64,000 nt of DNA from Octopus vulgaris (taxonomy: Eukaryota), in the NCBI GenBank assembly GCA_951406725.2, contig OX597814.1, positions 195,486,001 to 195,550,000 of the forward strand, read 5' to 3'. Of the stretch, positions 42,475-54,967 are shown piece after piece. Under the pieces are notes generated by a model that was not told the DNA's origin, ran no database searches, and was given only the letters and a program-made list of their open reading frames with translations. Each line of letters begins with the position of its first letter. Position 1 is the first letter of the stretch. A program made the position numbers and the translations under genes.

Positions 42475-43040
42475 TTTACTTGTTACAGTCATTTGACTGC
42501 GGCCATGCCGGAGCACCGCCTTTAGTCGAGCAAATCGACCCCGAGGACTTATTCTTTGTAAGCCCAGTACTTATTCTATCGGTTTCTTTTGCCGAACCGC
42601 TAAGTAACGGGGACGTAAACACACCAGCATCGGTTGTCAAGCAATGCTAGGGGGACAAACATAGACACACAAACATATACACACACATATACGACGGGCT
42701 TCTTTCAGTTTCCGTCTACCAAATCCACTCAAGGCATTGGTTGGCCCGGGGCTATAGTAGAAGACACTTGCCCAAGGTGCGACGCAGTGGGACTGAACCC
42801 AGAACCATGTAGTTGGTAAACAAGCTCCTTACCACACAGCCACACATATATATATATACTTCTATGTGTGTATGTGTGTCTCTGTGTTAGTGTTTTTCAC
42901 CATCACCGCTTGACAACCGGTGTTGTTGTGCTTATGTTCCCGTAACTTAGCAGTTTGTCAAAAAACACCGATGAGATAAGTATTCAAGACAGTGCTCCAG
43001 CATGGTCGCAGTCTAATGACTGAAACAAATAAAAAATAAA
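42475..43040. mobile_element. Family B SINEs (42475-42843 -, 42880-43040 + partial)
   Basis: Family B match. Confidence 0.85.
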
Positions 43041-43437
43041 AGATACTAAGAAATAATCTTCCTAATTTCAGCACAAGGCCAGCAATTTTGAGGAGAAAGG
43101 CAGATCGATCACTTGATCCCAGTATTCAACAGGTTTTTATTTTATCGATCTCTATACGGTGAAAACAATATCGATCTCGGCTGAATTTGAACTCATAAAT
43201 CTACAGGAAAGATATAATTACATTTCAATTTCAGAATGTAATTAAATATATTAAAGTAATTAAAAATGTATGCTAATATCTTAATGACTTTTTAAGAATT
43301 TAAGAACGTTAGAATAAACACAATGTCAAAAACAACAAATTTATTTTAACGTGCCAAAATCAGACTTTTTTTTAGCAGCCATAGGATCCTTCAGCTTAGC
43401 TTATAGTACTGACTGGAGATGAACATCAATACCAGCA

Positions 43438-43615
43438 GTGGAGGCGCAATGGCCCAGTGGTTAGGGCGGCAGACTCGCGGTCGTAAGAACGCGGTTTCGA
43501 TTCCCAGACCAGGCATTGTGAGTGTTTATTGAGCAAAAAAACACCTAAGCTCCACGAGGCTCTGGCGGGCGGGGGCTCTACTCTTTCACAACTTTTTCTC
43601 ACTCTTTCTTCTTAC
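43438..43615 (+). mobile_element. SINE family C
   Basis: GTGGAGGCGCAATGGCCCAGTGGTTAGGGCGGCAGACTCGCGGTCG head. Confidence 0.85.
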
Positions 43616-45188
43616 TTCTGCCACAAAGCAGAGAACCCACTATGGTGTGGTAAACTTTCAGACTCTAGTCTAGATTGCGAATCCTCTGTACCCCAGGACG
43701 GTTCAGCTCTCCACCCGTTAAAAGCCACCTTTTACGGAATGAGGATAACAACGTAGCTTTCGCACCCGTGGAACCGCCGGTCTGTCGCGCGTGGTGGGTG
43801 GATCTTCAAGTTGCCACATGCATTCTTAGTAGCTTAGAATTAGAGATTATTCTTTGTGGCTAATGGCGTGAGTCCTGATTGGAAGAAGAAGAAGCAACAG
43901 CAGCAGTAGTAGCGACAACAATATTACCAGCGTATTTAAGGCGGCGTGCTGGTAGAATCTCCGTAGATCAGAAACGAGTTTTATCTCCATAAACCTGAAT
44001 CTTACCAGGAATATGATCCCATTTTCAGTAACGTAATGGCGCTAATTGTAACTTATGAGGCACAACTTTGAGTTTAGCTTTATAAGCTCATACGGTTTAA
44101 AGCTGATTCACCAAATGGCACCTCTTTTATATATTTTTACACTCCCCAGGTCCTAGAACCCATGGCCGATTGCCTGGTTTTCATGACTAGAAATAATAGT
44201 GATTTCAGCATTTTCATGAACGGGACACCAGTCTTTTGCTGGGTTCAGGCTCAGCATATTTCGAGCATATTGGGAGCAAGCCGATTACATTGAACACCAA
44301 TACTCGACTTGTACTTTATTATATCGACACCGAAGGGTTAAAAACAAAGTTGACATCGGTGAGATTTGAACTCAGAATGTAAAGTACCGAAAGAAATGCC
44401 ACTTAGCAGTTTGGTCGACGCGCTGACGATCCTACCAGCTCGGGCGACTCGTCATATCTTTGCATAACTAAAAATAATTCAGAATAATTCGTACGGTTCG
44501 TACGGTTTGAACCTCGTAACTTTAATCAGTTACAACTTCTCTGATTGCTACGAATTTCTATAGATAATAATTTCATTTAACTGTAAAAATGGAAATTGCT
44601 GCATCATCAGTGGAAATACATTTAAGAGAGAAACTTAGTTTATACCGATAATAAATAAGACACTTTCAGTATCTTAGTAAGACAGAATATATTTAAATTA
44701 AGTACTATTTAGATTGGCTGCGAATATTTCAATAGCTCTTCATTAGCTCCTATTTATCAATGATTGTAATTAACAGATAAATCTTCAACTTTAATCTAAC
44801 ATTAATTTCTTCTGTTTCTTTCGCGATAAATAATTTCTTTCTCCGACGTTTTATTAAGCGCTGTAAGGTTATATATGTATGTGTGTATGTATGTATATAT
44901 ATATATCTGTATGTATAGTTGGTTGGTGCTGGGCTTTTGTGTTTACACAATGATTGATATCTGTTTAATATACTCTGCTTGAAGGGAATCTAATCGCAAA
45001 ACACCTCAGTTCAACTAAAAACAACAGCGAAACAAAAGGCCAAATAGTAAATTATCCGGTTTCTTCCGTCTTTCTTTGAAAGACATAAAACTACTTATTC
45101 TTAAGTAGAAATAGTTGCATAGCTAATTGACTGATAAGGACGATAATATTACTGGTATTTGTCTTTTCGTTCTTGCACTTGGTTTGCA

Positions 45189-45235
45189 AGATACCTGATG
45201 TGAACTCGTGTGTTGAAACATAATCTGTTGTATCT
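45189..45235 (+). ncRNA. Hammerhead-like motif with an A9-to-U core variant
   Basis: AGAUAC-CUGAUGU-G-AAC-UCGUGU-GUU-GAAACA-UAAUC-UGU-U-GUAUCU; 6-bp stem I. Confidence 0.5.
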
Positions 45236-45292
45236 CGGACAGCGGTCATTATACTAATAATAAACAGACACACTAGTTCTATTTCAGATACT

Positions 45293-45670
45293 TTTTTACT
45301 CTTTTACTTGTTTCATTCATTTGACTGCTGACATGCTGGAGCACATCGACCACGAGGACTTATTCTTCGTAAGCCTAGTACTTATTCTATCGGTCTCTTT
45401 TGCCGAACCGCTAAGTGACGCGGACGTAAACACACCAGCTTCGGTTGTCAAGCAATGTTTTTTTTTTGGGGGGGGGGGGGGCAAACACAGACACACAAAC
45501 ATATACACACACTTACATATATACATATATATATACATATATACAACGGGCTTCTTTCAGTTTCCGTCTACCAACTCCACTCACAGGGCTTTGATCGGCC
45601 CGAGGCTATAGTAGAAAGACACTTGCCCAAGGTGTCACGAAGTGGGACTGAACCCGGAACCATGTGGTTT
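45293..45670 (-). mobile_element. SINE family B
   Basis: Family B match. Confidence 0.9.
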
Positions 45671-46622
45671 ATTTTCATTTGTTAATTGGTTGACCATTTA
45701 ATCAGTTAACTAATCGATTGTTATTGTTCGATTAATCATTAGGTCATTCAGTCGATCAGCTAGGTTCGTCAAAGTCTTTTCATCACCATTTAGGTCTGAA
45801 GTAGACCTGTAGTAAAAGGGAAGCAAAGTTGCCCTCGTCAGTAAAGAGCTGGAAGAAATGCCGCACAGCATTTTCTGTCGCGCTAACGATTCTGTCTGCT
45901 CGCCATTTAATTGTTGTTGTTTGTTCCTTCTCGAGCCATGCCAAGCTCATAAGGGGCCGTTTTCCCAGTTCCATTGGCGTATAGGTTCTCTATCTGGATG
46001 GGACGCCGGTCCGTCACAGGTGAGATGCCAGATGCAGGAGGAAAGAGTGAGAGAAAGTTGTGGCGAAAGAGTCAGTCAACAGAAATTTAATCAAATAGTA
46101 AGAGTGAAAGTACCATCATACATATATGCAGAGGATATGAAGGCGATAGTGATCGAAAAGGAAAATTACAAGAAACTGGAAGAAATGTGTGGAGATAGTA
46201 TTGACCCACCAGGAGTAAGGTGGAATTCAAAGAATTGCCACCAGTAGTGGATTTAGTAGAAATTGAAACATTGATGAAGGACTAGTAAAAAGAAAATATG
46301 TATGTTAAATTGACAGGAAAAAAAAAGATTAGAAAAAAGAAAAGAAAAAAAAAAGAAAAAGGAAAAAAGAAAAAGGAAAAAAAGAAAAAGAAAATAAAGA
46401 AAAAAGGAAAAAAAAGAAAAAGGCGGAAACAAAGGAAAATAAGAAAGAGTAAAGTGTTTTATGTTATGTTTAAAAAATATTGAAAAATAGAACAATTGTA
46501 GAGGATGTATATAACGGTTCAAATACTTGCAATGGTATGTAATATGATAATTATTTGTTATATGAATACATGATAAAAATGGACTGTAAAAAAAAAGAAA
46601 GATTAATAGTACTGCATGTGAT

Positions 46623-47051
46623 GAGGGGCGCATGCAGCCATTCATAACCTCATTGTTATATAATCATCTCAGTCATATTCGTTTTATGTATTGTCCCCTT
46701 TGTGGTGTCCTGTCTGTCCTTGTTTGTCACCTCTATTTTGGGCCCTTGTGGCTAATAAAGAAACCGAGGGGCGCATGCAGCCATTCATAACCTCATTGTT
46801 ATATAATCATCTCAGTCATATTCGTTTTATGTATTGTCCCCTCTGTGGTGTCCTGTCTGTCCTTGTTTGTCACCTCTATTTTGGGCCCTTGTGGCTAATA
46901 AAGAAACCGAGGGGCGCATGCAGCCATTCATAACCTCATTGTTATATAATCATCTCAGTCATATTCGTTTTATGTATTGTCCCCTCTGTGGTGTCCTGTC
47001 TGTCCTTGTTTGTCCCCCTCTATTTTGGGCCCTTGTGGCTAATAAAGAAAC
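46623..47051 (+). repeat. Three tandem 143-bp units ending in the family A SINE tail and AATAAA
   Basis: Unit starts at 46623, 46766 and 46909; near-identical copies. Confidence 0.95.
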
Positions 47052-48006
47052 AGTGTCCTTAACGCAGTTCTCAGGCAGATTCAGTGTAACACAGAGTGTG
47101 ACAAGGCTGGCACTTTGAATTACAGGTACAACTCATTTTTGCCACCTGAGTGGACTGGAGAAGTGTGAAATAAAATGTCTTGCTTAAGAACAAAATGCGC
47201 CGCCGGAAGTAAAGCTCACAGCCTCACAACCGTGAGCCGTATATACTAACCACTAAGCCATGCGCTTTCATCAGAGGTGAAAGTTTCACAGACAGGCTTA
47301 AGACCTATGATTTATAACAGATATGAAAGGATATTGCAGGGCGAAAACGTCAACTAAATCACGCTCAACTAGGGAACGAGAACCTTTTATAACCCTGCCG
47401 CTCACCTCCCATCTCAATCCAAGAGATTTTCAGTAATAAGGATTTCTGGTATCAGTAGAATGTGTTAAGGTTTTTTTCTCAGAGGACAGAGTTGATTGAA
47501 AACGATGTTATTTCTTGAGGACGCTTAGTTTTATTGATTTTTGTGAAAAACGGAAAGTAAAGTGGATTCCTGTGGGGATTGAACTTATAATTTAGAAAGG
47601 GAATTAAATATTGAAATTTTTAGGTCGACGTTTTATAATTTTTCTTTTGGTCATATTATAAGGGATTAATTTCAAAGACAAAATACATTCAAAATAATCT
47701 ATTATTAATTATAGGAGAGAAGGCGGCGAGCTGGCAGAATCGAGAGCACGCCGGGCAAAATGCGTAGCGCGGCATTTTGTCTGTCTATACGTTCTGAGTT
47801 CAAATTCCGCCGTGGTCGACCTTGCATTTAATCCCTTCGGACTTGATAAAATAAGCATCATCTGAACACTGGGGTCGATGTAATCGATTCATCACCGAAC
47901 TTAATGGCCCTGTGCCAAAATGTGAAACCAATTATTAATAGCAGAAGAAGGCCGCGGGCTATTAGAGTCATTATCATTACGAGGTCGAATGTGGATAAAA
48001 TAAGTA

Positions 48007-48452
48007 GGATCTTTTCCCTTTGAACGGCAGATTGAGAAATTAATATTTTGTAACTAAACACTTTCAAACTTCGGACACTGGTAGAATGTGTCATATAAAA
48101 CATCTTTTACTCTTAGCGTTGTTGAGAAAAGTTTATATTTACGAAGTTATTTCGTGTTAAAATTGTCGTATTTCGGTAATTTCAACCAATCAATGACGTG
48201 TATTCAGCTGAATAAAATTACTGCCATTGTCTGTCAACAAGAACTTCCGGCGGTGTATATTTCGTTTGTCACTGTTATTTATGACATCGTTCGTGCGTTT
48301 GTACTGGTTTTAGCTTTAGGGTTTTAGGGTTTTAGGATTTAACGCTACGTAAAAGATGTTTTATATGACACATTCTACCAGTATCCGAAGTTTGAAATTG
48401 TTTAGTTACAAAAAATTAATTTCTCGATCTGCCGTTCAAAGGGAAAAGATCC
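48007..48452. mobile_element. MITE with ~100-bp TIRs and an 8-bp TSD, inserted in a family A SINE remnant
   Basis: GGATCTTTTCCCTTTGAACGGCAG / CTGCCGTTCAAAGGGAAAAGATCC; TSD AATAAGTA / AATATGTA. Confidence 0.9.
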
Positions 48453-48683
48453 AATATGTACCAATTGAGTACTGGGGTCGATGTAATCGACTCATCCCCT
48501 CCACCGAACTTGCTGTCTTGTGCCAAGAATTTGAAACAAAGATTAGGCAACTGGGTAAGCGAAATCGATGAAGCATCAGTAGACTTCGACTTTTATTCTT
48601 CTGGGATTAGTAAAGTAGGATCGACTAAAACAGGGGCCCAGTTAAATCAAGTTTTGCTCCGATATTAGTTGTGTCTAGTGGAA

Positions 48684-49270
48684 GGCAGTCAGCTGGCAGA
48701 AACGTTAGCACGCCGGGCGAAATGCTTAGCAGTATTTCGTCTGCCGTTACGTTCTGAGTTCAAATTCCGCCGAGGTCGACTTTGCCTTTCATCCTTTCGA
48801 GGTCGATAAATTAAGTAACCAGTTACACACTGGGGTCAATATAATCGACTTAAAAACTTTGTCTGTCCTTGTTTGTTCTCTCTGTGTTTAGCCCCTTGTG
48901 GGTAGTAAAGAAATAGGTATTTCGTCTGCCGCTACGTTCTGAGTTCAAATTCTGCCGAGGTCGATTTTGTCTTTCATCCTTTCGGGGTCGATTAAATAAG
49001 TACCAGTTATGCACTGGGGTCGATATAATCGACTTAATCCATTTGTCTGCCCTTGTTTGTCCTCTCTGTGTTTAGCCCTTTGTGGGTAGTAAAGAAATAG
49101 GTATTTCTCTCGTCTTTACGTTCTGAGTTCAAATTCCGCCGAGGTCGACTTTGCCTTTCATCCTGTCGGGTTCGATTAATTAAGTACCACTTACGCACTG
49201 GGGTCGATATAATCGACTTAATCCCTTCCTCCAAAATTGAAGCCTTATGTTTCCAGTAGAAAGGATTATT
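48684..49270 (+). mobile_element. Tandem family A SINE trimer with a single TSD
   Basis: Head plus three core units; TTGTGTCTAGTGGA duplicated on both sides. Confidence 0.9.
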
Positions 49271-49566
49271 TGTGTCTAGTGGACGGAGACTTAGGATTAT
49301 GATAATACCATTCTTGATAATCATTCTTTAGGTATTCTTTGAAATTTGAAGGAATATGGCTCAGTGGTTAGTGTGTTGCAATCACGATCGCAAAATTGTT
49401 CTTTGATTGGGCAATGGGTTGTGTTATTTAGCAAATCACTATTTCACCTTATTCCAGGCCACCATTTAGCTGTAAAGGAGTAAACCTCCAACGGAATGGA
49501 GTTCAGTTTTGGGGTTATGCTGTGATCTCTACCATTTATACGCGATGGAAAACGGGTAACCGACTC

Positions 49567-49981
49567 GGATCTTTTCGGTTTGAACGGCAGTTTTTAACAT
49601 AATTTCTAGGTAACTAAAAAATTTTAAACTTCGTATACTGGTAGAATGTGTTTATAAAACATCTTTTTCTCTTGGCTTTATTGAGAAAATTCTATAGTTT
49701 GTAAGATATTTGTTGTTTTTTTCCTTCAATTTCTGCAATTTCAACCAATCACTGACGTCCATTGAGGTAAATAACATTCTGTGCCGTATGAATATGTCCC
49801 TCGTTTAAGAAACAGATTGGGTTTATTTACATTTGTGAAGAAAAAAAGATACCCTTCCCCCACCCCTAACCCTAACCCTAAAGCAGATTGAAATGCAATA
49901 GATTGATACTAGGGTCATAATTATGGGTGACAATTTCATTGACACCGCTAGAAAAAACTGCCGTTCAAACCGAAAAGATCC
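49567..49981. mobile_element. MITE related to 48007-48452, with internal (CCCTAA)3
   Basis: TIR GGATCTTTTCGGTTTGAACGGCAGTTTTT; TSD ACCGACTC / ACCGTCTC. Confidence 0.9.
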
Positions 49982-50788
49982 ACCGTCTCTATTAGAACCT
50001 ATGATTCGATACAGTCCGTATTTGTTTTATCTTTGAACTGTGGTTAGACAGTTCTTTGGTGCTGGTATTACGATAAACACAAATAGCGTCAACCACATTA
50101 GTGATGGGAAATGGATAAAATTGTTTAACCAGAAATCGAAACGAAATTTATTGAAGCGGAGTTTAACCTTTTGGTTTACGGATGTTTACACCAGTCTGAT
50201 AGAAACACTTAAAAAACATGTTTTTAAATCGGTTGATGTAAATAAATGAAATGAATGGAAATATTGACTTACACATATCGATAGATATGTAGATAGATAA
50301 GGAGGGAAATAGATATAGATAAGCTAATGGGTATAAATATAGAGTGCGGTGATTAAACATAGAGAGAAGCAGAGAAGTAGCGAAATTAAATGAAAGATTA
50401 AAAGAGGAAAATTAAAACAAAAACGAAGAAGAAAAAGAGAATTATTTCTAAAGGTTAACCAGTATATGTGGACTAAGAGTTGTAAGAAATAATGTATTGT
50501 ATTATATTATCATTACTTCTTAATTATAGCAATCATAATTTTTTGAGTCTTCAGTTTTTTTTTAAAGATCCATTCAATATTATTCACTGGTATCTTGGAG
50601 AGCGTGACGGATTCCTCCCGAGTACGTGACGATTTCCTTCTTATGGCCAGCCCCCATACTAGACAGGTAAGTCTTATTAAACAACAAATTTGAAAAAAAA
50701 AAAACGAATATGAAAAATCATGTGATAATACTTTTTTCCATTATAACTGAATGCCGTTTGTAGTATTAATTATATATAATTTTTTGAT

Positions 50789-51020
50789 AAGGCGGCGAGC
50801 TGGCAGAAACGTTAGCATGCCGGGTGAAATGCGTAACCATGTTTCGTCTGCCGCTACGTTCTGAGTTCAAATTCCGCCGAGGTCGACTTTGCCTTTCATC
50901 CTTTCGGGGTCGATAAATAAAGTATCAGTTACGCACTGGGGTCGATGTAATAGACTTAATCCGGTTGTCTGTCCTTGTTTGTCCCCTCTATGTTTAGCCA
51001 CTTGTGGGCAATAAAGAAAT
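50789..51020 (+). mobile_element. SINE family A, full monomer
   Basis: Head, core and tail; TATATAATTTTT..GATA duplicated on both sides. Confidence 0.9.
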
Positions 51021-51043
51021 ATATATATAATTTTTGATACGCG

Positions 51044-51094
<51 letters not shown>

Positions 51095-51187
51095 CATGTG
51101 TAAACCTCATGAAGGGATGGTTTCATCCAGGCAAATACTTGTTCAATACCTAGTATTTTGAGGGAATGAATTTCCATAAAATAATAG

Positions 51188-51235
<48 letters not shown>

Positions 51236-51249
51236 ATATATTTTATATT

Positions 51250-51608
51250 CATTTAAAAGAAGAAAAGGAAATGGAAATTAGGAAGTTAATAATTGTTTAT
51301 CTTTAACAACAGATTGCTTATCTTCACTTACAGCCGTTTCTATTCATACTCAATAAACATTAAATTTACATTTATGTGACATGAGGATAATATCATCAGT
51401 TTACTAAAATGAATTCATAAACATACATATAACATCCAAATGCACATCTTCTTTTCTCTGATGATATTGTGCTCATGTCATATAAATGTAAATTTAATGT
51501 TGATTGAGTATAATTGGAACGGCTATAAGAAGCGAAGATGACCAATTTGTTGATAATACTAAACAATTATTAACTTCCTAATCTCCATTTTCTTTTCTTC
51601 TTTCAAAT
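51250..51608. repeat. ~150-bp diverged inverted duplication with a hammerhead-like motif in each arm
   Basis: Minus arm CUGAUGA-UAUU..AAUA-GAAAC-GGCU-GUA (51399-51329); plus arm UUCU-CUGAUGA..GGAAC-GGCU-AUA-AGAA (51454-51531). Confidence 0.8.
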
Positions 51609-51712
<104 letters not shown>

Positions 51713-51714
51713 GC

Positions 51715-52010
51715 ACATGGCCTAGTGGTTAGAGCAGCGGACACGCGGTCTGGGGATCGCGGGTTCGTATCTCAGACCGGGCGATGTTTGTGTTTATGAG
51801 CGAAACACCCATGCTCCACGCGGCTCCGGCAGAAGGTAATGGCGAACTTCTGCTGACTCTTTCGCCACAACTTTCTCTCACTCTTTCCTCCTGCATCTTG
51901 CAGCTCACCTGCGACGAACCGGCGTCCCATCCAGGTGGGGAACCTACACGCCAAGGAAACCGGGAAACCGGCCCTTATGAGCCAGGCATGGCTTGAGAAG
52001 GAAGAAACAA
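51715..52010 (+). mobile_element. SINE family C variant
   Basis: tRNA-like head, family C body, tail ACCTGCGACGAACCGGCGTCCCATCCAG (also at 45915-46075, -). Confidence 0.8.
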
Positions 52011-52012
52011 AA

Positions 52013-52046
<34 letters not shown>

Positions 52047-52509
52047 GTGTGTGTGTGGGTGGGTGTGTATTTCTTCTACAAAAACCATTTAAGGCGGTGC
52101 TTCAGCACGGCAGCAGTCAAATGGCTAAAAAAAAAAAGAATTTATTTTATTGAAGACGGTAAGTAGGTAGCGAGTCGGACACGGCCTTCAGGCGGCTGTT
52201 GTCCGACTGCCGGAAAAAAAAAAACATTCATGAAGTTACTTTGATACTTGAAATCTCGTTGTCGGGAAATAAACTTCTTAACCACTTAGCCGTACCTGCA
52301 TTTATGTTTATAATTTAGTTGCTTTCATAACATCAGGTGATAACAGTTTGAGATCTGTTTATCATGTTGAATCTAGTAACAGATACGTGTTTCCTTTCAT
52401 GTAAATCGATATTGTTGATTTATATTTTCCCTATTCACATTTTTTTCATAATTTAAATCACATCAATTTTCAATCGTTGCTTGAAAGGACGGTTGATCAC
52501 ATAGTCGTA

Positions 52510-52921
52510 CCTATTTCTTTACACAAGGGGCTAAACACAGAGGGGACAAACAAGGACAGACAAACGGATTAAGTCGATTATATCGACCCCAGTGCGTAAC
52601 TGCTACTTATTTAATCGACCCTGAAAGGATGACAGGCAAAGTCGACCTCGGCGGAATTTGAACTCAGAACGTAGCGGCTGACGAAATACCTATTTCTTTA
52701 CTACCCACAAGGGGCTAAACACAGAGAGGACAAACAAGGACAGACAAACGGATTGAGTCGATTATATCGATCCCAGTGCGTAAATGGTATTTATTTAATC
52801 GACCCCGAAAGGATGAAAGGCAAAGTCGACCTCGGCGGATTTTGAACTCAGAACGTAACGGCAGACGAAATACGGCTACGCATTTCGCCCGGCGTGCTAA
52901 CGTTTCTGTCAGCTCACCGCC
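52510..52921 (-). mobile_element. Tandem family A SINE dimer with a single TSD
   Basis: TSD TGATCACATAGTC(G/A)TACCT on both sides. Confidence 0.9.
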
Positions 52922-53489
52922 CTATGATCACATAGTCATACCTTGTTTTTGTGTTTTTGTGTTCGGTTACTTAGCTATGTGGCTATTTCTCCCGAAGTAA
53001 CCTGTCAGACTGCATATACAGTCCTGTATTAGGAAAGGGAAGGAAGAAGGCATCGATTTGGCAGAATTCTTACCGTACCGGGAAAAACGCCCAGCAGCAT
53101 TTCGCTCCCCCCTTTACGTTCTGAGTTCAAATTCTGCCTAGGTCGATTTTGACTTTGTATCATTTCCGGGTTGGTAAAGTAAGTACCAGTTGAGTACTGG
53201 GGTCGAAGTAACCGACTTAACATCCTTCTTAAAATTGCTGGCCTTGTGCCAAAATTTGAAACCATCATTATAATTTTCATTAAGGCGGCGAGCTGGCAGA
53301 ATCGTTAGCAGGTCAGACAGAATACTTCTTCTGGTTTTACTCTCTGAGTTCAAATTCCGTCGTGGTAGAATTTGCTTTTCATCCTTTCGATGTCGATATA
53401 ATGAGTAGCAGTTGAGCACTGAGGTTAAGGCAATCGACTTCCCCCTTCCCACTCAAATTTCAGGCTTTGTGTTTATAACCAGAATGGGT

Positions 53490-54275
53490 TATTAATGGAA
53501 GATCCACATAGGTTAGAACACCCTAACACTACAAAGTGGACGTGGTCAAATAGTTACGGGACTTCCAGAACATGTCTGGATAGGGTTTTAATTAGAAGAA
53601 ACAGATAAGTATATAGCTAATTGCCCACACTTTTATCTAGTCAGCTACAGTGACCACAAGATGGTTACCTGTAATCTCACAGTAGATAAGTTGCATAGAT
53701 AAGGATATAGCTACTGGAAACACAATACGTCCCTTTTGGCGATTGAGGAGTACAGAAAGCGGATCGAGATGTTAATACAGAGGGCATTGATAGGTACCAT
53801 CATTAATAAAAAATGGTGGTTCGCCCTAAAAAGATCCGTAAAATATGAGTCTATTAGGTTTAGCATGTTTAGCTAAGAAGGGACGTAGAATAGGAGATGG
53901 TCTAGTTAAGGAACTAGAAGCCTGGAGGACTGGTAATGCGGACCAAGTGAAGGTGAAGAGACTGGAATTGAACCAGCATCTTGAAGCCCAACACATGGGA
54001 AGTATTACCAGAGCTAAGTTACGTGCAATGGGAAGTGAAGGAATCAAGGCCGCTGGATAGGCCCGAGTGGTGGAAGCTCCACAAGGAAATAGTTCCACCA
54101 TTCAGTCTTTGACGAATCAAAATGGTGTCTTGGTAAATGAACCCGAGGAAATGTGTGACGCTTTTCGGGAGTACTTCGCCCATCTGTTCGGAGGTGATGG
54201 CGGTCCTGATGGTAGGTGAGTCCTCGAGGACTTGCCGGTCTGCTGTGCCTCTCGGGGTCGGTTGCGGAGTCTTGC
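53490..54275 (+). mobile_element. Tx1/L1-clade LINE ORF2 fragment (end of APE domain plus linker), decayed
   Basis: DPHRLEHP..WTW..LDRVLI..SDHKMV..YWKHNTSLL..KWWFALK..ITRAKLR..MCDAFREYFAHLF, with frameshifts and stops. Confidence 0.85.
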
Positions 54276-54276
54276 G

Positions 54277-54853
54277 AAGGATCGATCACTTAAAGCATGC
54301 GGAACCCATGCTCCATACTTCTGAACCTTTTCCATCGAGTGAAGATACTTCTCTATAGCAGTGTGGGAGCATTCCGTTTTCTCTGCCAGTTACCTTGTCG
54401 TTTGACGAGAATTTTCGTGCGTGCAAAAGTTGGTCTAATCGCTCTTCATCGAACCCAACTGGACGGCCAGAACTAGGTGCGTCTTTGAGGTCAAAATTTC
54501 CATTTTTGAACTTGGCATACCAATCAGGAGCGGTTCTTTCAGCTATGGCACCCTCTCCCTACACAGCACAAATGTCGCGAGCAGCTTTTGCGGCCTTAGA
54601 ACCTTGATCAAAAGCAAAAAGAAGGTGTTGAAAATGCCCGTTGTTCTTAACTTGACATTCCATTTTAATGATCTGAAAATAAACAAAAATTAACTAAAAT
54701 TAATTAGAAAAAAACCCCCAAGAAACAAAATAGATTCCAAAATGATTCAAAAATAGAATTCTAGAAAAAAATGGATTCCAAAATTTGAAAACGCAATAAT
54801 TTCCAAAATAAAAAAAACAAAAAAAAACGGCGGGAACTTAGTTGCCAACCCTA
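54277..54853 (-). mobile_element. Mariner 5' half (TIR plus transposase N-terminus)
   Basis: TIR TAGGGTTGGCAACTAAGTT; ATG at 54663; KAAKAARDICAVYGEGAI..FKNGNFDLKDAPSSGRP..GAWVPHAL. Confidence 0.9.
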
Positions 54854-54897
54854 TATATTAATATATATCATATCCACATAAAAATGTATATATATAT

Positions 54898-54967
<70 letters not shown>

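Noticed and set aside
44540-44620. Minus-strand CUGAUGA at about 44609
   Set aside because: Stems I and II do not pair convincingly
46623-47051. CRISPR-like regular repeats
   Set aside because: Whole 143-bp units repeat with no unique spacers, in a eukaryotic context with no cas genes
49863-49881. Telomere or chromosome-fusion site
   Set aside because: Only three repeats, inside a MITE with TIRs and a TSD
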